DNA of 64,000 nucleotides from an uncultured Gemmatimonadota bacterium (GTDB lineage Bacteria; JAAXHH01): NCBI GenBank assembly GCA_951812955.1, contig OX638340.1, positions 3,456,001 to 3,520,000 of the forward strand, read 5' to 3'. Shown piece by piece: positions 23,127 to 33,473 of this stretch (position 1 is its first letter; each line of letters starts with the position of its first letter). The notes under the pieces were generated by a model. It saw only the letters and a program-made list of their open reading frames with translations, ran no database searches and was not told where the DNA came from. The position numbers and the translations under genes were made by a program.

Positions 23127-24599
23127 ATGCATTATTTCATAGTAGTACTGATTGCGTTCGCTCTCAGTATGTATGGATGCGAAGGTAAGACAGGTCCGGC
23201 GGGTCCTAGCGGCTCGGCGGGTACCGCGGGTCCGGCAGGTCCGGCGGGCCCGCAGGGCTCGACTGGTCCGGCAGGCCCGGCAGGTGCTGACGGCGCTGAT
23301 GGCGCGACTGGTCCGGCAGGTGCTGACGGCGCTGATGGCGCGACTGGTCCGGCAGGTCCGGCAGGCGCTGATGGCGCTGACGGTGCTGATGGCGCGACTG
23401 GTCCGGCAGGCCCGGCAGGTGCTGACGGTGCTGATGGTGCTGATGGCGCTGACGGTGCTGACGGTGCTGATGGCGCGACTGGTCCGGCAGGTCCGGCAGG
23501 TCCTCAAGGCCCGGCTGGTATCCCGGACACGGGTGGTATTGATCCCATCGAACTGGCTCAGGCGCACCACATCGCCTTCGTGATAGGTGATGCGGATGCT
23601 GACATGGCTCCCTCTTCAGTCATTTTGAGGGTAGGCGAAGAAACTATGGTCATCGCGGCTGCCGGTGCGCAGAGCGGCAGGAAGCTTCCAAGCGTTTCAG
23701 CTACTGTTACTATGGCGATCACCGATGACGATGACGAAGCCATCACGCTGGAAGATGGCGTGCTCACCGCCGTAGGGGCTGGAACAGCCGAGATCACGGC
23801 TGAGTCGGCAATCGCCGGTATCGCCGGTAAGCTCACCGTCACGGTTACCAAGCCCATCGATGAGATCGTTTTCGATGCGTCCAGTGATCTTAACTTGGCC
23901 GCAGGCGAGTCGACTGGTGAAATAACTGCCACGGCCCATGATGAAGATGGCGAAGTAATTATGCCGCGTTCTGACTGGTCCTGGGCGAGTTCCGACGGGT
24001 CCGTTGCCTCTGTCGCGCAAAAGAAGGATGCCGACAATAAGTTGGTGGATGGCGGCAGAATCGCCACGATAACCGGCAAGGGTTCTGGTGACGCCGATAT
24101 TACGGCGACGGTCGAAGGCGTAAGTGGCAGTATCGCCGTGAACGTCACAGGCCAGAGCGTCACGAGAGTTATCGATCCCAGTTCCTCAAGCGAAGGCAAC
24201 GTATTTGTATGGGATATAGGGTTGGAAACGCCGGGATGGACAGATGCTGGCGCACCGGAAGATGGCACCGAATTTACCGTCAATCTACGTGACAGAGTTT
24301 CCAACAGCCTGATCGATAATTGGACATTGTCGGTTACGCCGACAAGTGCGGCTGCAGGAACTGCCGCCACTGAAGAAGATGCTCAAGTTGATCCAGTACT
24401 CGGCGCGGTAATGGATCCCGCCGATGGAGCAGCAACCACTGGTGCCATTGAGGTGACGATTGCGCCTCATACTGATGGTGTTACCGATGGGATTACTGTT
24501 GGCACGTATCATACTTTTGTTTCCCTGACGTCTACGGGAGCGAGAGAGGCGCGTCTACAGTTTACCATCAGTGTCATAGACTCGACGCCAGACGAATAG
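23127..24599 (+). CDS. collagen-like (Gly-X-Y) repeat lipoprotein with C-terminal Big_2-like Ig domains
   Basis: Start at [21 protein letters not shown] (lipobox); the track ORF starts earlier. ~110 uninterrupted GXY triplets ([19 protein letters not shown]...). Followed by Big_2-like segments ([20 protein letters not shown]...LTVTVT). Confidence 0.8.
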   Translation: MHYFIVVLIAFALSMYGCEGKTGPAGPSGSAGTAGPAGPAGPQGSTGPAGPAGADGADGATGPAGADGADGATGPAGPAGADGADGADGATGPAGPAGADGADGADGADGADGADGATGPAGPAGPQGPAGIPDTGGIDPIELAQAHHIAFVIGDADADMAPSSVILRVGEETMVIAAAGAQSGRKLPSVSATVTMAITDDDDEAITLEDGVLTAVGAGTAEITAESAIAGIAGKLTVTVTKPIDEIVFDASSDLNLAAGESTGEITATAHDEDGEVIMPRSDWSWASSDGSVASVAQKKDADNKLVDGGRIATITGKGSGDADITATVEGVSGSIAVNVTGQSVTRVIDPSSSSEGNVFVWDIGLETPGWTDAGAPEDGTEFTVNLRDRVSNSLIDNWTLSVTPTSAAAGTAATEEDAQVDPVLGAVMDPADGAATTGAIEVTIAPHTDGVTDGITVGTYHTFVSLTSTGAREARLQFTISVIDSTPDE

Positions 24600-24773
24600 T
24601 TAACGTCGGAATAATCCGGACTCGCAATAAGGGTCTGGAAAGCATCCAGTGATCGGTGAGTGGTTGTGCCTGCCTAAGGATATGGCCACTCACCAGAATA
24701 AAAGGAACTGTTCCCGAGACTCTTTTATTAGCAGTATCCAAATACAGAATACACCGCTTAACCGTGTATCTTC

Positions 24774-24826
24774 CCGTCCGTCCTTAGTAGGAGCTTCAGC
24801 GACCGAACAGGGCGGACGGTTTTTTT
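24774..24826 (+). terminator. rho-independent terminator-like hairpin + T7
   Basis: CCGTCCGTCC (24774-83) pairs with GGGCGGACGG (24810-19) with one G.U, followed by TTTTTTT. It lies ~175 nt downstream of the collagen-like gene stop. Confidence 0.5.
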
Positions 24827-25249
24827 GTTCCTTTTTGCACATTGAGTTTATTGTGCGCTACAGGTCCAAAGGATATTTCGAATAAAAACGTCGTCTAGCC
24901 GATACGATTGACATGCTGCCTGTAAAATCCAATTTAAAACTAGTTTTCAGAAGCTAGACCAGCATCACCATGCCGACAGATAACTTGACGAATTGAGCGT
25001 TATACAAAAAAACATAGATTTTACTCGAGATAATCAACATGACTTCGACTAATAAATAAGAACATACTTCATGGCGTAGCAGAACTGTAAGAGAAGACGT
25101 TTGCTAGAATCCCGAAACCGTCGTGAATAGCGAGATCTAATTTACATCGCTGTATACGCTAAACGCTTCCGTAAACCTAAACCCAATATCGCTTCATGTC
25201 TTTATGAGCCACGCAACGGGAAATCGTTCCCGCTGCCTGCTTGACTAAG

Positions 25250-25290
25250 CCCCGGATGATAGATACTTTCTTCATCGCGGGGTTTCTTTT
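25250..25290 (+). terminator. rho-independent terminator-like hairpin + T-rich tail
   Basis: CCCCGGATGA ... TCATCGCGGGG then TTTCTTTT. It is preceded by a second hairpin, CGGGAA ATCG TTCCCG (25216-31). No annotated plus-strand gene ends here. Confidence 0.4.
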
Positions 25291-25417
25291 ACCGGGTACG
25301 TCCAACTCGGCGCAGCATCACGTCCGGTTTATAAAAACCTAAAGATATCCGTTTGCATCAATAGAACACCGGAATACGTTCACTAAACTGCCCGCGACAA
25401 TTCCCGGAGGCCCAATC

Positions 25418-26452
25418 GTGTTACGCCATGCTACCAGTCTGTTACTCTTTGTTGTAGTTCTTGCCTGCGAAGGTCCGGCGGGTCCGGCGGGTCCGGCGGG
25501 TCCGGCTGGTTCGGCGGGAGTGGCAGGCGCCGCGGGTCCCTCGGGAGTCCAGGGCCCGGCCGGGCCGCAGGGTGAATCAGGGGAAACGCTGGACTGGTCG
25601 GACGTCATTGCAGACCAGAATCTGGGTAACGCGGTCTATGCGATCGGCGTGCAGGTACAGGGGAAGAATTACATACTGGGGACGGGTTTCGTCGCGCACT
25701 TCTATAATGCGATCTGGACCAACGTGCACATCGTGCAGGCTGTGCTCATCACGACCCAGTTCATAGAGGATCTCAACCCCCGACCCTTTGCCGTCAAATC
25801 GGGCACCGAGGTCGGCGGCGCTGATACGTACTGGCTGAATACTTTCTGGGTTCATCCCGATTACGACGGTACGGCCGGATCCCCCGATGTAGCCCTGCTT
25901 TCCATAGACGCAAATATCACGAACCTTCCGTTCTTCCTGCCCAGGGACCAGGCCCAGGGACTGCAGGTGGGTCAGCCGATCGGCACGATTGGTTTTCTCG
26001 AAGAACTTTCGGGTGAGTCCGTCACAGTACCCATCGCCACGTTCAGAGACGGAACGATCAGCGCGCTGAGGCCCTTTGAAGACGAGATCCCGACGCCCGA
26101 GAACAGCCGGGTCATTCAGCATAATCTGGACGTGACCGGCCTTACGAGCGGCAGTCTCATTTTCGATCACCAGGGATATATCGTCGGCATGAACTTCGCC
26201 GGTTACTTTCGCGTCGCATATGACCAGCGTACCGGAGAACCCACGCGCATCCCTACGGAAAACCCCGGATACGGCATTCGCGTCGACGAACTGTGGCGTC
26301 TTTACGACGTGGCAAGAGGGCGCAGGGTCGTACCTGATGTGGCGGGGAGACGCACGGACGTTCCGATCGTAATGCAGCCCGAGCAGGACTATCCGAACGA
26401 ATCCTATATGCCCTTCCCCGACAACTGGAACGGGGAGACGAGTTTGCCGTAG
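25418..26452 (+). CDS. lipoprotein: short collagen-like Gly-X-Y segment fused to a trypsin-like (S1/Trypsin_2) serine-peptidase-like domain
   Basis: [49 protein letters not shown], then a region with trypsin-like landmarks (WTNVHIVQA His region, PDVALL Asp, GLTSGSLIF Ser region). The CEG + GPAGPAG N-terminus is shared with ORF 23127..24599. Confidence 0.6.
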   Translation: MLRHATSLLLFVVVLACEGPAGPAGPAGPAGSAGVAGAAGPSGVQGPAGPQGESGETLDWSDVIADQNLGNAVYAIGVQVQGKNYILGTGFVAHFYNAIWTNVHIVQAVLITTQFIEDLNPRPFAVKSGTEVGGADTYWLNTFWVHPDYDGTAGSPDVALLSIDANITNLPFFLPRDQAQGLQVGQPIGTIGFLEELSGESVTVPIATFRDGTISALRPFEDEIPTPENSRVIQHNLDVTGLTSGSLIFDHQGYIVGMNFAGYFRVAYDQRTGEPTRIPTENPGYGIRVDELWRLYDVARGRRVVPDVAGRRTDVPIVMQPEQDYPNESYMPFPDNWNGETSLP

Positions 26453-26692
26453 TGTGCCGGTAAACTGAAAGCACACAATGCAGATGTACTGGTTGAAGGC
26501 GCTTAAGAAAACAACTGCCCTGTTTGTGGCACGGTTACAGGGTTAGTTTTTGATATTTCAGTACGGACACTATATACTTAGTTTAACGTTTCGGAGAAGC
26601 CTCGATCAAGCGTCCGGCTATGTCCGCTTAGCCGTGACATGTGAATACCTATGATCTTCCGATTGATGTAAAAGTATAAGGAGAATCTGCAT

Positions 26693-29600
26693 ATGCGCCG
26701 CGCTTCAGGATTCAGGAAATCCACGCGAGTCTGGTGCATCAGAACCCTGGTGTTAGTACTGGCGCTCACTCCGGCGGCCGTCCTGGCGACTTACGAGGAC
26801 GCTGCAGCGCAGACATCGGTGAACCTGACGGTTGAACCCGCTTCCGTTGACGAAAACGGTGGTCCGCAGGTGGTGACTGTACGGGCGACGGTGCGGGACA
26901 CGACCAGCGTGCCGATCGTCATGGCGTTGGCTCCTGTGCTCGAGCAAAGCACAGCCACGTTTCCGGATGATCTTGTCGCATCGCCGCTGGATCAGCCGAT
27001 CGTCATCGCTCCGGGTCAGACTGAAGGTATATTGGAAGTAACCGTTGTCCCTACGGATGACAGTATTTACGAAGGTACGGAGAAGTTCGTCTTCCTGGGG
27101 GTGGGGGTCACCGGTGAACCTTTGACCATGCCTGTATCGGTGGAGATCAACGACGACGAACCGGTGCCGGCCATCACGCTGACCACAACGCCGGATAGGG
27201 TCGATGAAGGCGACGGACCGCAGGTGGGTGTCGTTACGGCTACTGCTTCCGGGCTCAGCGCGACGGACCTTCACGTGGGTCTGGTGCCGCTGCTGGAGCA
27301 AAGTACCGCTACCCTGATCGGACCGGGCGCTGACCTTGGCGTGCTGGAGTTGGAGTCAGATCCGAACATCGTGATTACAATCCCCGCGGGACAGCCGACA
27401 GGGAGTATCAATCTGACCGTCGTTCCGGTGGATGACGAGGTATATGAAACCAACGAGTTTGCCCTGTTCGCGGGTAATCTGATGGGAACGATAAGCGAAC
27501 CGGTCGCAATCACGATCGTAGACGACGACACGCCGGACATTGTATTTAGCGGCGTTCCGACCGCGTTGCGTGAGGACGGCGGTGCTCAGACGGTATCGTT
27601 CGATATCGAGATGTCCGGAATCGCAGTTCCGATTCCGACCGTGATCACGCTGAACATGACCGGTACGGCTACCCAGAAAACAGACTACGACTGGGACGGA
27701 ACCTCGGAAATCGTCATTCCTGCCGGCGAGACGTCGGCGGGCACACAGATAACCTACACGGTGGTGAACGATGAAGTCTATGAACCAGAAAACGAGACGA
27801 TCGTGGTGACAGCTAGATGGGGATTCTCTGATCTCGGCGTTGTCTCGTTGACCATCATTGATAACTATTCGGCTCCGGCGGTCGCCAACCCGATTCCCGA
27901 TGTGAACCTGATATCGGGCGGCGTCTTTCGCGTCGACCTATCCTCCACTTTTTCCGGCAAAGACCTGACCTTCTCGGTGTCCGCCTCGGGCAATGCGATT
28001 TCGGCTGAACTATTGGACACCTCGCTTGTGGTCTCCGCTAACCGCCTGGGTTCGGGCCGCGTAACGGTTGCCGCGACCAACGCCGCCGGTTCAGTCAGTT
28101 ACAATTTCGGCGTGACCGTCACGGCGTCCTTCACCCTGAACGTCAATCCGGATACGTTTCGTGAAGACGGCGGTACTCAGACGGTGTCTTTCACGATCGA
28201 GCTGTCCGGCACCGCGTTTTCGGTTCCGACCGTAATTACGCTGGATGTGGCCGGTACGGCCACCCGGGGTACGGATTACATACTGAGCGGAAACGCGGAG
28301 ATCGTCGTTCCCGCCGGTGAATCGTCTGCAACCACGCAGCTGGACTTCTCGGTCGTGGACGATGCGGTCTACGAGCCGGACGACGAGACGATCGTCGTAT
28401 CAGCGATCTGGGACGGAGGCGAAATAGACATCGTCACGCTGACGATCGTCGATAACTTCCCGGCTCCGGCGGTCACGGGTGCGATTTCTGACCTGACCCT
28501 GGAAGCGGGCGACTCCAGTCAGACCGACATAGCCGGCAGTTTCTCGGGCAAGGGCCTTGCCTTCTCGGCCTCGTCCTCGGGCGACGCGGTATCGGCTGAA
28601 ATCTCGGGTTCGACGCTCTCGGTCACGGCCAATCGCAAGGGTTCGGCCCGCGTTACAGTTCTCGCGACCAACGATGCGGGTTCCAGCAGTTTCGACTTCG
28701 GCGTGACCGTAACGGCGATCAACGAAGAGCGGATGGTCTACACCGACATCCTGGCGGCCATGGGTCGAGGCATTTTGTCGAGCGTGTCCAACACGATTGG
28801 CGGACGATTCGCAATATCCGACGCCGAACGCGGTATCGCTTTAGGCAACAGGCGGGTCGATGGCATAGCGTCCGGTCTGGAAGCCCTGATCAGCCTGGGC
28901 GATACGCGGGAAGCGAGTAAGTACGGTATTTCCGACGAATCCATGGCGCAGACTGGCAGGCAACCCGTTTCCGCCCGCGAGCTGATGCGGGGCACGTCCT
29001 TCTACTACGCCCTTGACGACGCACCGCAGAGCGCCAGTACGGACGGCCTGAGCTTCACGGTATGGGGGGCCGGAGACTGGAACGCTTTTAAGGGTTCGGC
29101 TTCGCAGACCGCTACCTACGACGGATCGTTGATTTCCGGATACCTCGGAATGGATGTTGCGAAGACCGGCGGCTGGATTGGCGGTGTGGCCGTCGGCCGT
29201 ACCATGGGCTCTTCGGATTACGACGTAACGATCTCGGACGGGAAGTTGGAAACCACCCTGAACAGTGTATATCCTTATGTGTTATGGCACGTTCCCCAAT
29301 ACGTCATCGAGGTCTGGGGTGTCGGTGGTTTCGGTACGGGTGAGGTCAAAACGAATGAAATGACCAGCGATCTGTCCATGCGAATGGTCTTGATTGGCGC
29401 ACGCTCGCAGTTGGCCGGAACCACCACCGAAGGGTTGGACCTGGACCTGATCGGCGACGCGGGCTTTGCCAGACTGTCGGCCGCCGAAAGCGAATCCGCT
29501 TCACTGAACGAACTGGACGCCGGCATACATCGGGTACGCATCGGTCTCGAAGGTTCCGGGACCATGCAAATGGACAACGGCATGCTCGCAACGCCGTTCG

Positions 29601-30154
29601 CCCAGGTGGTTGGCCGGTATGACGGTGGCGACGGTCAGACAGGGGGCGGCCTCGAGGTTGCCGGCGGTCTCCATATCGCCGCCGGCAGGGCCGGGGTCGA
29701 AGCGCGCGGTCGCCTGCTGGCAACGCACTCGGGCGACGAGGTCACGGAGCACGGAATGTCGTTGGCTGCCTACATAAAGCCGATGGAAGCCGGCGGGCGA
29801 GGTTTTTCGATGTCAGTCGTTCCCCGGATCGGCGCCGATACAGATATGACCGGCGATATGTGGCGCGAAGAGCCGATGGAGGATCTCACGCGGTCGTCCC
29901 GTACGGGCGTCGGTGTGAAGGCTGAAATCGGCTATGGCCTCGCGCATTCCGCCATGAGCGACATCCTGGTGACGCCCTTCGGTGCGATGGACATGACCGG
30001 TGATGACCGTAGCCGCATGCGCCTGGGCGCGCGATTCGGATCTGTCGGCAGCGCGGCCGGCATACTGAGCCTGGAACTTGCCGGAGAGCGCATAGATAGA
30101 CATGGCGTGACGCCCGACCACCGCATCGGCCTGATCGGAAGGATGAGTTTCTAA
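26693..30154 (+). CDS. large surface protein with Calx-beta-like and cadherin-like repeats and C-terminal autotransporter-like beta-barrel
   Basis: Signal peptide ends at ...AVLATYEDAAAQ. Several ~100-aa Calx-beta-like units have the pattern V.E.GG.Q.V.V...T..TDY....EIVIPAGE......VV.D.VYE..E. Two cadherin-like units resemble ...DLTFSVSASGNAISAE.... The ~470-aa C-terminal region is beta-rich and ends IGLIGRMSF (terminal aromatic). Confidence 0.55.
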   Translation: MRRASGFRKSTRVWCIRTLVLVLALTPAAVLATYEDAAAQTSVNLTVEPASVDENGGPQVVTVRATVRDTTSVPIVMALAPVLEQSTATFPDDLVASPLDQPIVIAPGQTEGILEVTVVPTDDSIYEGTEKFVFLGVGVTGEPLTMPVSVEINDDEPVPAITLTTTPDRVDEGDGPQVGVVTATASGLSATDLHVGLVPLLEQSTATLIGPGADLGVLELESDPNIVITIPAGQPTGSINLTVVPVDDEVYETNEFALFAGNLMGTISEPVAITIVDDDTPDIVFSGVPTALREDGGAQTVSFDIEMSGIAVPIPTVITLNMTGTATQKTDYDWDGTSEIVIPAGETSAGTQITYTVVNDEVYEPENETIVVTARWGFSDLGVVSLTIIDNYSAPAVANPIPDVNLISGGVFRVDLSSTFSGKDLTFSVSASGNAISAELLDTSLVVSANRLGSGRVTVAATNAAGSVSYNFGVTVTASFTLNVNPDTFREDGGTQTVSFTIELSGTAFSVPTVITLDVAGTATRGTDYILSGNAEIVVPAGESSATTQLDFSVVDDAVYEPDDETIVVSAIWDGGEIDIVTLTIVDNFPAPAVTGAISDLTLEAGDSSQTDIAGSFSGKGLAFSASSSGDAVSAEISGSTLSVTANRKGSARVTVLATNDAGSSSFDFGVTVTAINEERMVYTDILAAMGRGILSSVSNTIGGRFAISDAERGIALGNRRVDGIASGLEALISLGDTREASKYGISDESMAQTGRQPVSARELMRGTSFYYALDDAPQSASTDGLSFTVWGAGDWNAFKGSASQTATYDGSLISGYLGMDVAKTGGWIGGVAVGRTMGSSDYDVTISDGKLETTLNSVYPYVLWHVPQYVIEVWGVGGFGTGEVKTNEMTSDLSMRMVLIGARSQLAGTTTEGLDLDLIGDAGFARLSAAESESASLNELDAGIHRVRIGLEGSGTMQMDNGMLATPFAQVVGRYDGGDGQTGGGLEVAGGLHIAAGRAGVEARGRLLATHSGDEVTEHGMSLAAYIKPMEAGGRGFSMSVVPRIGADTDMTGDMWREEPMEDLTRSSRTGVGVKAEIGYGLAHSAMSDILVTPFGAMDMTGDDRSRMRLGARFGSVGSAAGILSLELAGERIDRHGVTPDHRIGLIGRMSF

Positions 30155-30209
30155 GACGGTGGGCGGCACGCGTGACAGGCAGGGACAGGAAGGAAGAGCC
30201 GATCGGCCG

Positions 30210-30340
30210 CCTCTGCGAGAATCGGCCTGGTCAGATGTTTGGCGAAACGGCCCTAAACTCGGGAGGGCGTTTGCAGGATCCGGTGTGACTTGACCGGGCA
30301 TTGCGGACGCCTTTTCTTTAGATATTACCGGAATATCCGC
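30210..30340 (+). repeat. conserved 3'-flank element with terminator-like stem and T-rich tail (CCTCTGC.GAATCGG...ACTTGACCG...CGCCTTTTCTTTAGATATT..GAATATCCGC)
   Basis: Two further copies occur at 43610-43700 and 63740-63840 (gaaacttgaccgggcgtcgcagacgccttttctttg). The last shows a clean GGCGTC-GCA-GACGCC hairpin plus TTTTCTTT. Confidence 0.6.
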
Positions 30341-30880
30341 CTCCCAGCGCGGCAGAACCGATCCGGAAGCCCAATCGATGCCGGTTCCGGACACATGGTG
30401 AGTTGTCCCCGACGCCTTCGGTCGCGACGGAATCCATGCCGACCGTGACGCCAAGGATGGTCCGAAGGGTAATGTCGATGGTGGGATCAGTCCCGCCGGC
30501 CTGTGCGTCAGTGGCGACCCGTCTTGGCAAGAGTCATTGCCACCTCGCCGGCCGGCGGGCGGCAGGTGCCTGCAGCGCAGCGCCATACATGGCCGCCCGG
30601 GCCGCGCTACGGCTTGGGTAAGGGATTCTGGCTGCACCCCTGGAGATTCCGGACCGCCAATACCCAATATAAACGTGAATATGGTTATAATCCCATGAAA
30701 AAACCTGTTTCATATGACGTATATATGATTTATATTGTTTCCTATGTGACTTTAACGTGATTATTGGTTGATCTTCATAAATCCGGTAGCTTCAGGGCCT
30801 ACAGATTCCGAAACCATAGATGTTTTGGTTCGGGCGATCTGGCAAGATACCGAGGCTTAAAATCAATCGAGGAACATGAA

Positions 30881-33259
30881 ATGACGAACGCCAACGGACT
30901 GGAAGCCCAGGTCAAAATGTTGCAGGACAGACTTTCCAGATTGAGCGAGGCCAGCCTGCGAATCAGCCAGAGCCTCGACGTCGATACCGTCCTGCGGGAA
31001 ATCGTCACGAGTGCCTGCGCGCTGGCGAGCGCGGGATATGGCGGGATCGCCACCTGGAACAGTTCCGGGCAACTGCGGGATTTCGTCACCGGCGGCCTGA
31101 GCCCCGGCGAGCAGGACCAGCGCCTGGATCTGCCCGATACGTCTGAACTCTGGGCGTATCTGAGACAAGCAACGCAGCCGCTCAGGTTGAAGGACCTTTC
31201 GGCGCACGTCGCCTCGCTCGGTCTGCCCGGACATGCCTTGTTGGAACGGAGCTTCATGGGGATACCCATACGCCACCAGGACGCGACGGTGGGATACTTC
31301 TTCCTGCTCGACAAGGAGGCAGGCCCGGAGTTCACCGATGAGGACGAAGGGATCATGGCGCTGTTGGCGTCCCAGGCCGGAGCGGCGATGGCCAACGTCC
31401 GGAAGTACCAGGACGCGATACAGGCGAAGGCCGACCTGGAGGCCCTGATCGACACCTCGCCGGTGGGCGTGGTGGTCTTTGACGCCAGAAGCGGGCTGCT
31501 CGTGTCGCACAACCAGGAGGTGCGTCGCATCGTAGGCGACCTGCATTTGCGGGACCGGACGATCATGGATTTGCTCGACGTAGTCACCGTGCGGCGGGCG
31601 GACGGCCGGAGAATCGAGTCGGAGGATTATGGATCACTGGTGGGCATATTGCGTGAGGCCAGGACGGTGCGGGCTGAAGAGATCATTCACGAATTCCCGG
31701 ACGGCAGAAAGGTCACGACGCTGATTAACGCCACCCCCATCGTTTCCGGCCGGGGCGAGGTCCAGTCGGTCGTGGTCACCGTGCAGGACATGACGCCGAT
31801 CGAAGAGCAGGAGCGTCAACGCGCCGAATTCCTGAGCATGGTGAACCACGAGATGCGGGCGCCGCTCGCTACAATTAAAGGCTGCGCCACCACCGCGCTG
31901 GGATCCACGTCCGTGCTGCACCCCGCCGAATCGGAGCAGTTCTTCGGCATCATCGACGCGCAGGCCGATCACATGAACGCGCTGATCAATGACCTGATGG
32001 ACGCGGCGCACATCGAGACGGGCTCGCTTTCGGTGTCCCCCGTGCCGGTGGATCTGGCCGCCATGCTGGATCAGGCGAGGAACATGTTCATCGGCGTAGG
32101 GCACAGGAATCCCGTCCTGATCGATATGCCCGCCGATCTGCCCAGGGTGCGGGCGGACCAGCAGCGCATCGTACAGGTCATCAGCAACCTGCTGTCCAAC
32201 GCCGCGCGGCATTCGCCCGAAACATCCACCATTCGGGTGGAGGCGGCGCTGAAGGAACATCTTGTGGAGGTATCGGTCGTGGACGAGGGGTCCGGCATAC
32301 CGACCGAGCGCCTGCCCCACCTGTTCAGGAAGTATGCCCGGAGCGACCGCGACGACCGTAGGGTCGGCCCCGGCCTGGGCCTGGCCATCTGCAAGGGCCT
32401 GGTGGAGGCCCATGGCGGCCGCATCTGGGCCGAAAGCGTGGAAGCTGGCCCGGGTACGCGGTTCACCTTTTCGATTCCTGTGGCCGAGGAGGTCGAGCCC
32501 GCGGCGGCGGACTATGGTTGGAGTCAGGCCTCCTCGCCCGGACGCTCCGGCCAAAGGAAACCAGCCATCCTCGTAGTGGACGACGATCCCCAGGCATTGG
32601 TATACACGCGGAGCGTACTGGAGAACGCGGGGTACCACGCACTTGTGACCGGCGATCCGGAAAAGGTCCAGAACCTCATCGAGGCTCGCCAGCCCGATCT
32701 CGTCCTGCTTGATCTGGTGCTGCCCGGTACAGATGGAATCAAGATGATGCAGAGCATGTCGGCCCTGTCTGAACGGCCGGTCATCTTCCTTTCCGCATAC
32801 GGAAGAGACGAGACCATCGCCAGGGCTTTGGAAATCGGAGCGGCGGATTACGTGGTCAAGCCGTTCTCGCCCACCGAACTGATCGCAAGGATCCGCGCTG
32901 CCCTGCGCAAGGACGCCGGGCCGCCCGAACCGTTCAAACTTGGCGAACTGGCCATAAACTACGACGAAAGGCGCGTGGTGTTCAAAGGTAGCCCGGTAAA
33001 AATGACGGCCACCGAGTACGACGTGCTCCGGGTCCTTACCGCCAACGCCGGCAAGGCGGTAACCTATGACCAGTTGCTGAGAAACGTCTGGCAGTCGCGC
33101 AATACCGGTGATGCCAGGGTGGTTCGCGCCGTCGTGAAGAAACTACGCAGCAAACTGGGCGACGAGGTGAAAAATCCCCGGTACATCTTTACGGAATCCC
33201 GTGTGGGTTACCGCATGGCCAAACCCGATGGAGCCCCTGATCCTGAAGACGCTCTGTAG
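30881..33259 (+). CDS. hybrid one-component regulator, paralog of 14414..16807 (GAF/PAS - HisKA - HATPase_c - REC - OmpR-type winged helix)
   Basis: Start at MTNANGLEAQ with RBS GAGGAAC; the track ORF begins at 30764. Collinear similarity to 14414..16807 throughout (H-box VNHEMRAPLATIKG; ATPase boxes; REC ILVVDDDPQALVYTRSVL...LSAYGRDE; winged helix ...TATEYDVLRVLTANAGKAVTYDQLLRNVW...IFTESRVGYRM). Confidence 0.85.
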   Translation: MTNANGLEAQVKMLQDRLSRLSEASLRISQSLDVDTVLREIVTSACALASAGYGGIATWNSSGQLRDFVTGGLSPGEQDQRLDLPDTSELWAYLRQATQPLRLKDLSAHVASLGLPGHALLERSFMGIPIRHQDATVGYFFLLDKEAGPEFTDEDEGIMALLASQAGAAMANVRKYQDAIQAKADLEALIDTSPVGVVVFDARSGLLVSHNQEVRRIVGDLHLRDRTIMDLLDVVTVRRADGRRIESEDYGSLVGILREARTVRAEEIIHEFPDGRKVTTLINATPIVSGRGEVQSVVVTVQDMTPIEEQERQRAEFLSMVNHEMRAPLATIKGCATTALGSTSVLHPAESEQFFGIIDAQADHMNALINDLMDAAHIETGSLSVSPVPVDLAAMLDQARNMFIGVGHRNPVLIDMPADLPRVRADQQRIVQVISNLLSNAARHSPETSTIRVEAALKEHLVEVSVVDEGSGIPTERLPHLFRKYARSDRDDRRVGPGLGLAICKGLVEAHGGRIWAESVEAGPGTRFTFSIPVAEEVEPAAADYGWSQASSPGRSGQRKPAILVVDDDPQALVYTRSVLENAGYHALVTGDPEKVQNLIEARQPDLVLLDLVLPGTDGIKMMQSMSALSERPVIFLSAYGRDETIARALEIGAADYVVKPFSPTELIARIRAALRKDAGPPEPFKLGELAINYDERRVVFKGSPVKMTATEYDVLRVLTANAGKAVTYDQLLRNVWQSRNTGDARVVRAVVKKLRSKLGDEVKNPRYIFTESRVGYRMAKPDGAPDPEDAL

Positions 33260-33344
33260 TCCAGTGTGGCGGAGTAGACCAATGTTGCGGAGTAGCCCAG
33301 CGTTGCGGACATGTTAACTTCGACGAGCAGACCGCCAGGCCCAC

Positions 33345-33473
33345 GCGCATTCTTCAGGCATATTCTTCAGGCATATTCCTCACGCACATTCCTCGTACGC
33401 ATCCCACACGCGCATCCCTTACGCGTATCCCTCTCCCGCGTGTTTCTTACGCGCAATCCCTCCCGCACATCCC
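33345..33473. repeat. array of ~9 degenerate 13-14-bp direct repeats (GCATATTCYTCAS / GCGCATCCCTTAC)
   Basis: gcat attcttcag gcat attcttcag gcat attcctcac gcac attcctcgtac gcatcccacac gcgcatcccttac gcgtatccctctcc cgcgtgtttcttac gcgcaatccctcc cgcacatccctta. It lies between the regulator gene end and the convergent lipoprotein gene. Confidence 0.7.

Noticed and set aside
23152-23583. ORF 23152..23583 (+, 143 aa) and 23112..23570 (-) inside the collagen-like gene
   Set aside because: They are alternative-frame and antisense readings of the Gly-X-Y repeat DNA (repetitive Arg/Val/Leu peptides). The GXY frame with lipobox start is the coding one.
30270-30300. TTGACC within the 3'-flank element as a -35 promoter box
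   Set aside because: There is no acceptable -10 hexamer at 16-18-bp spacing. The element instead ends in a hairpin plus T-tract, consistent with a terminator.
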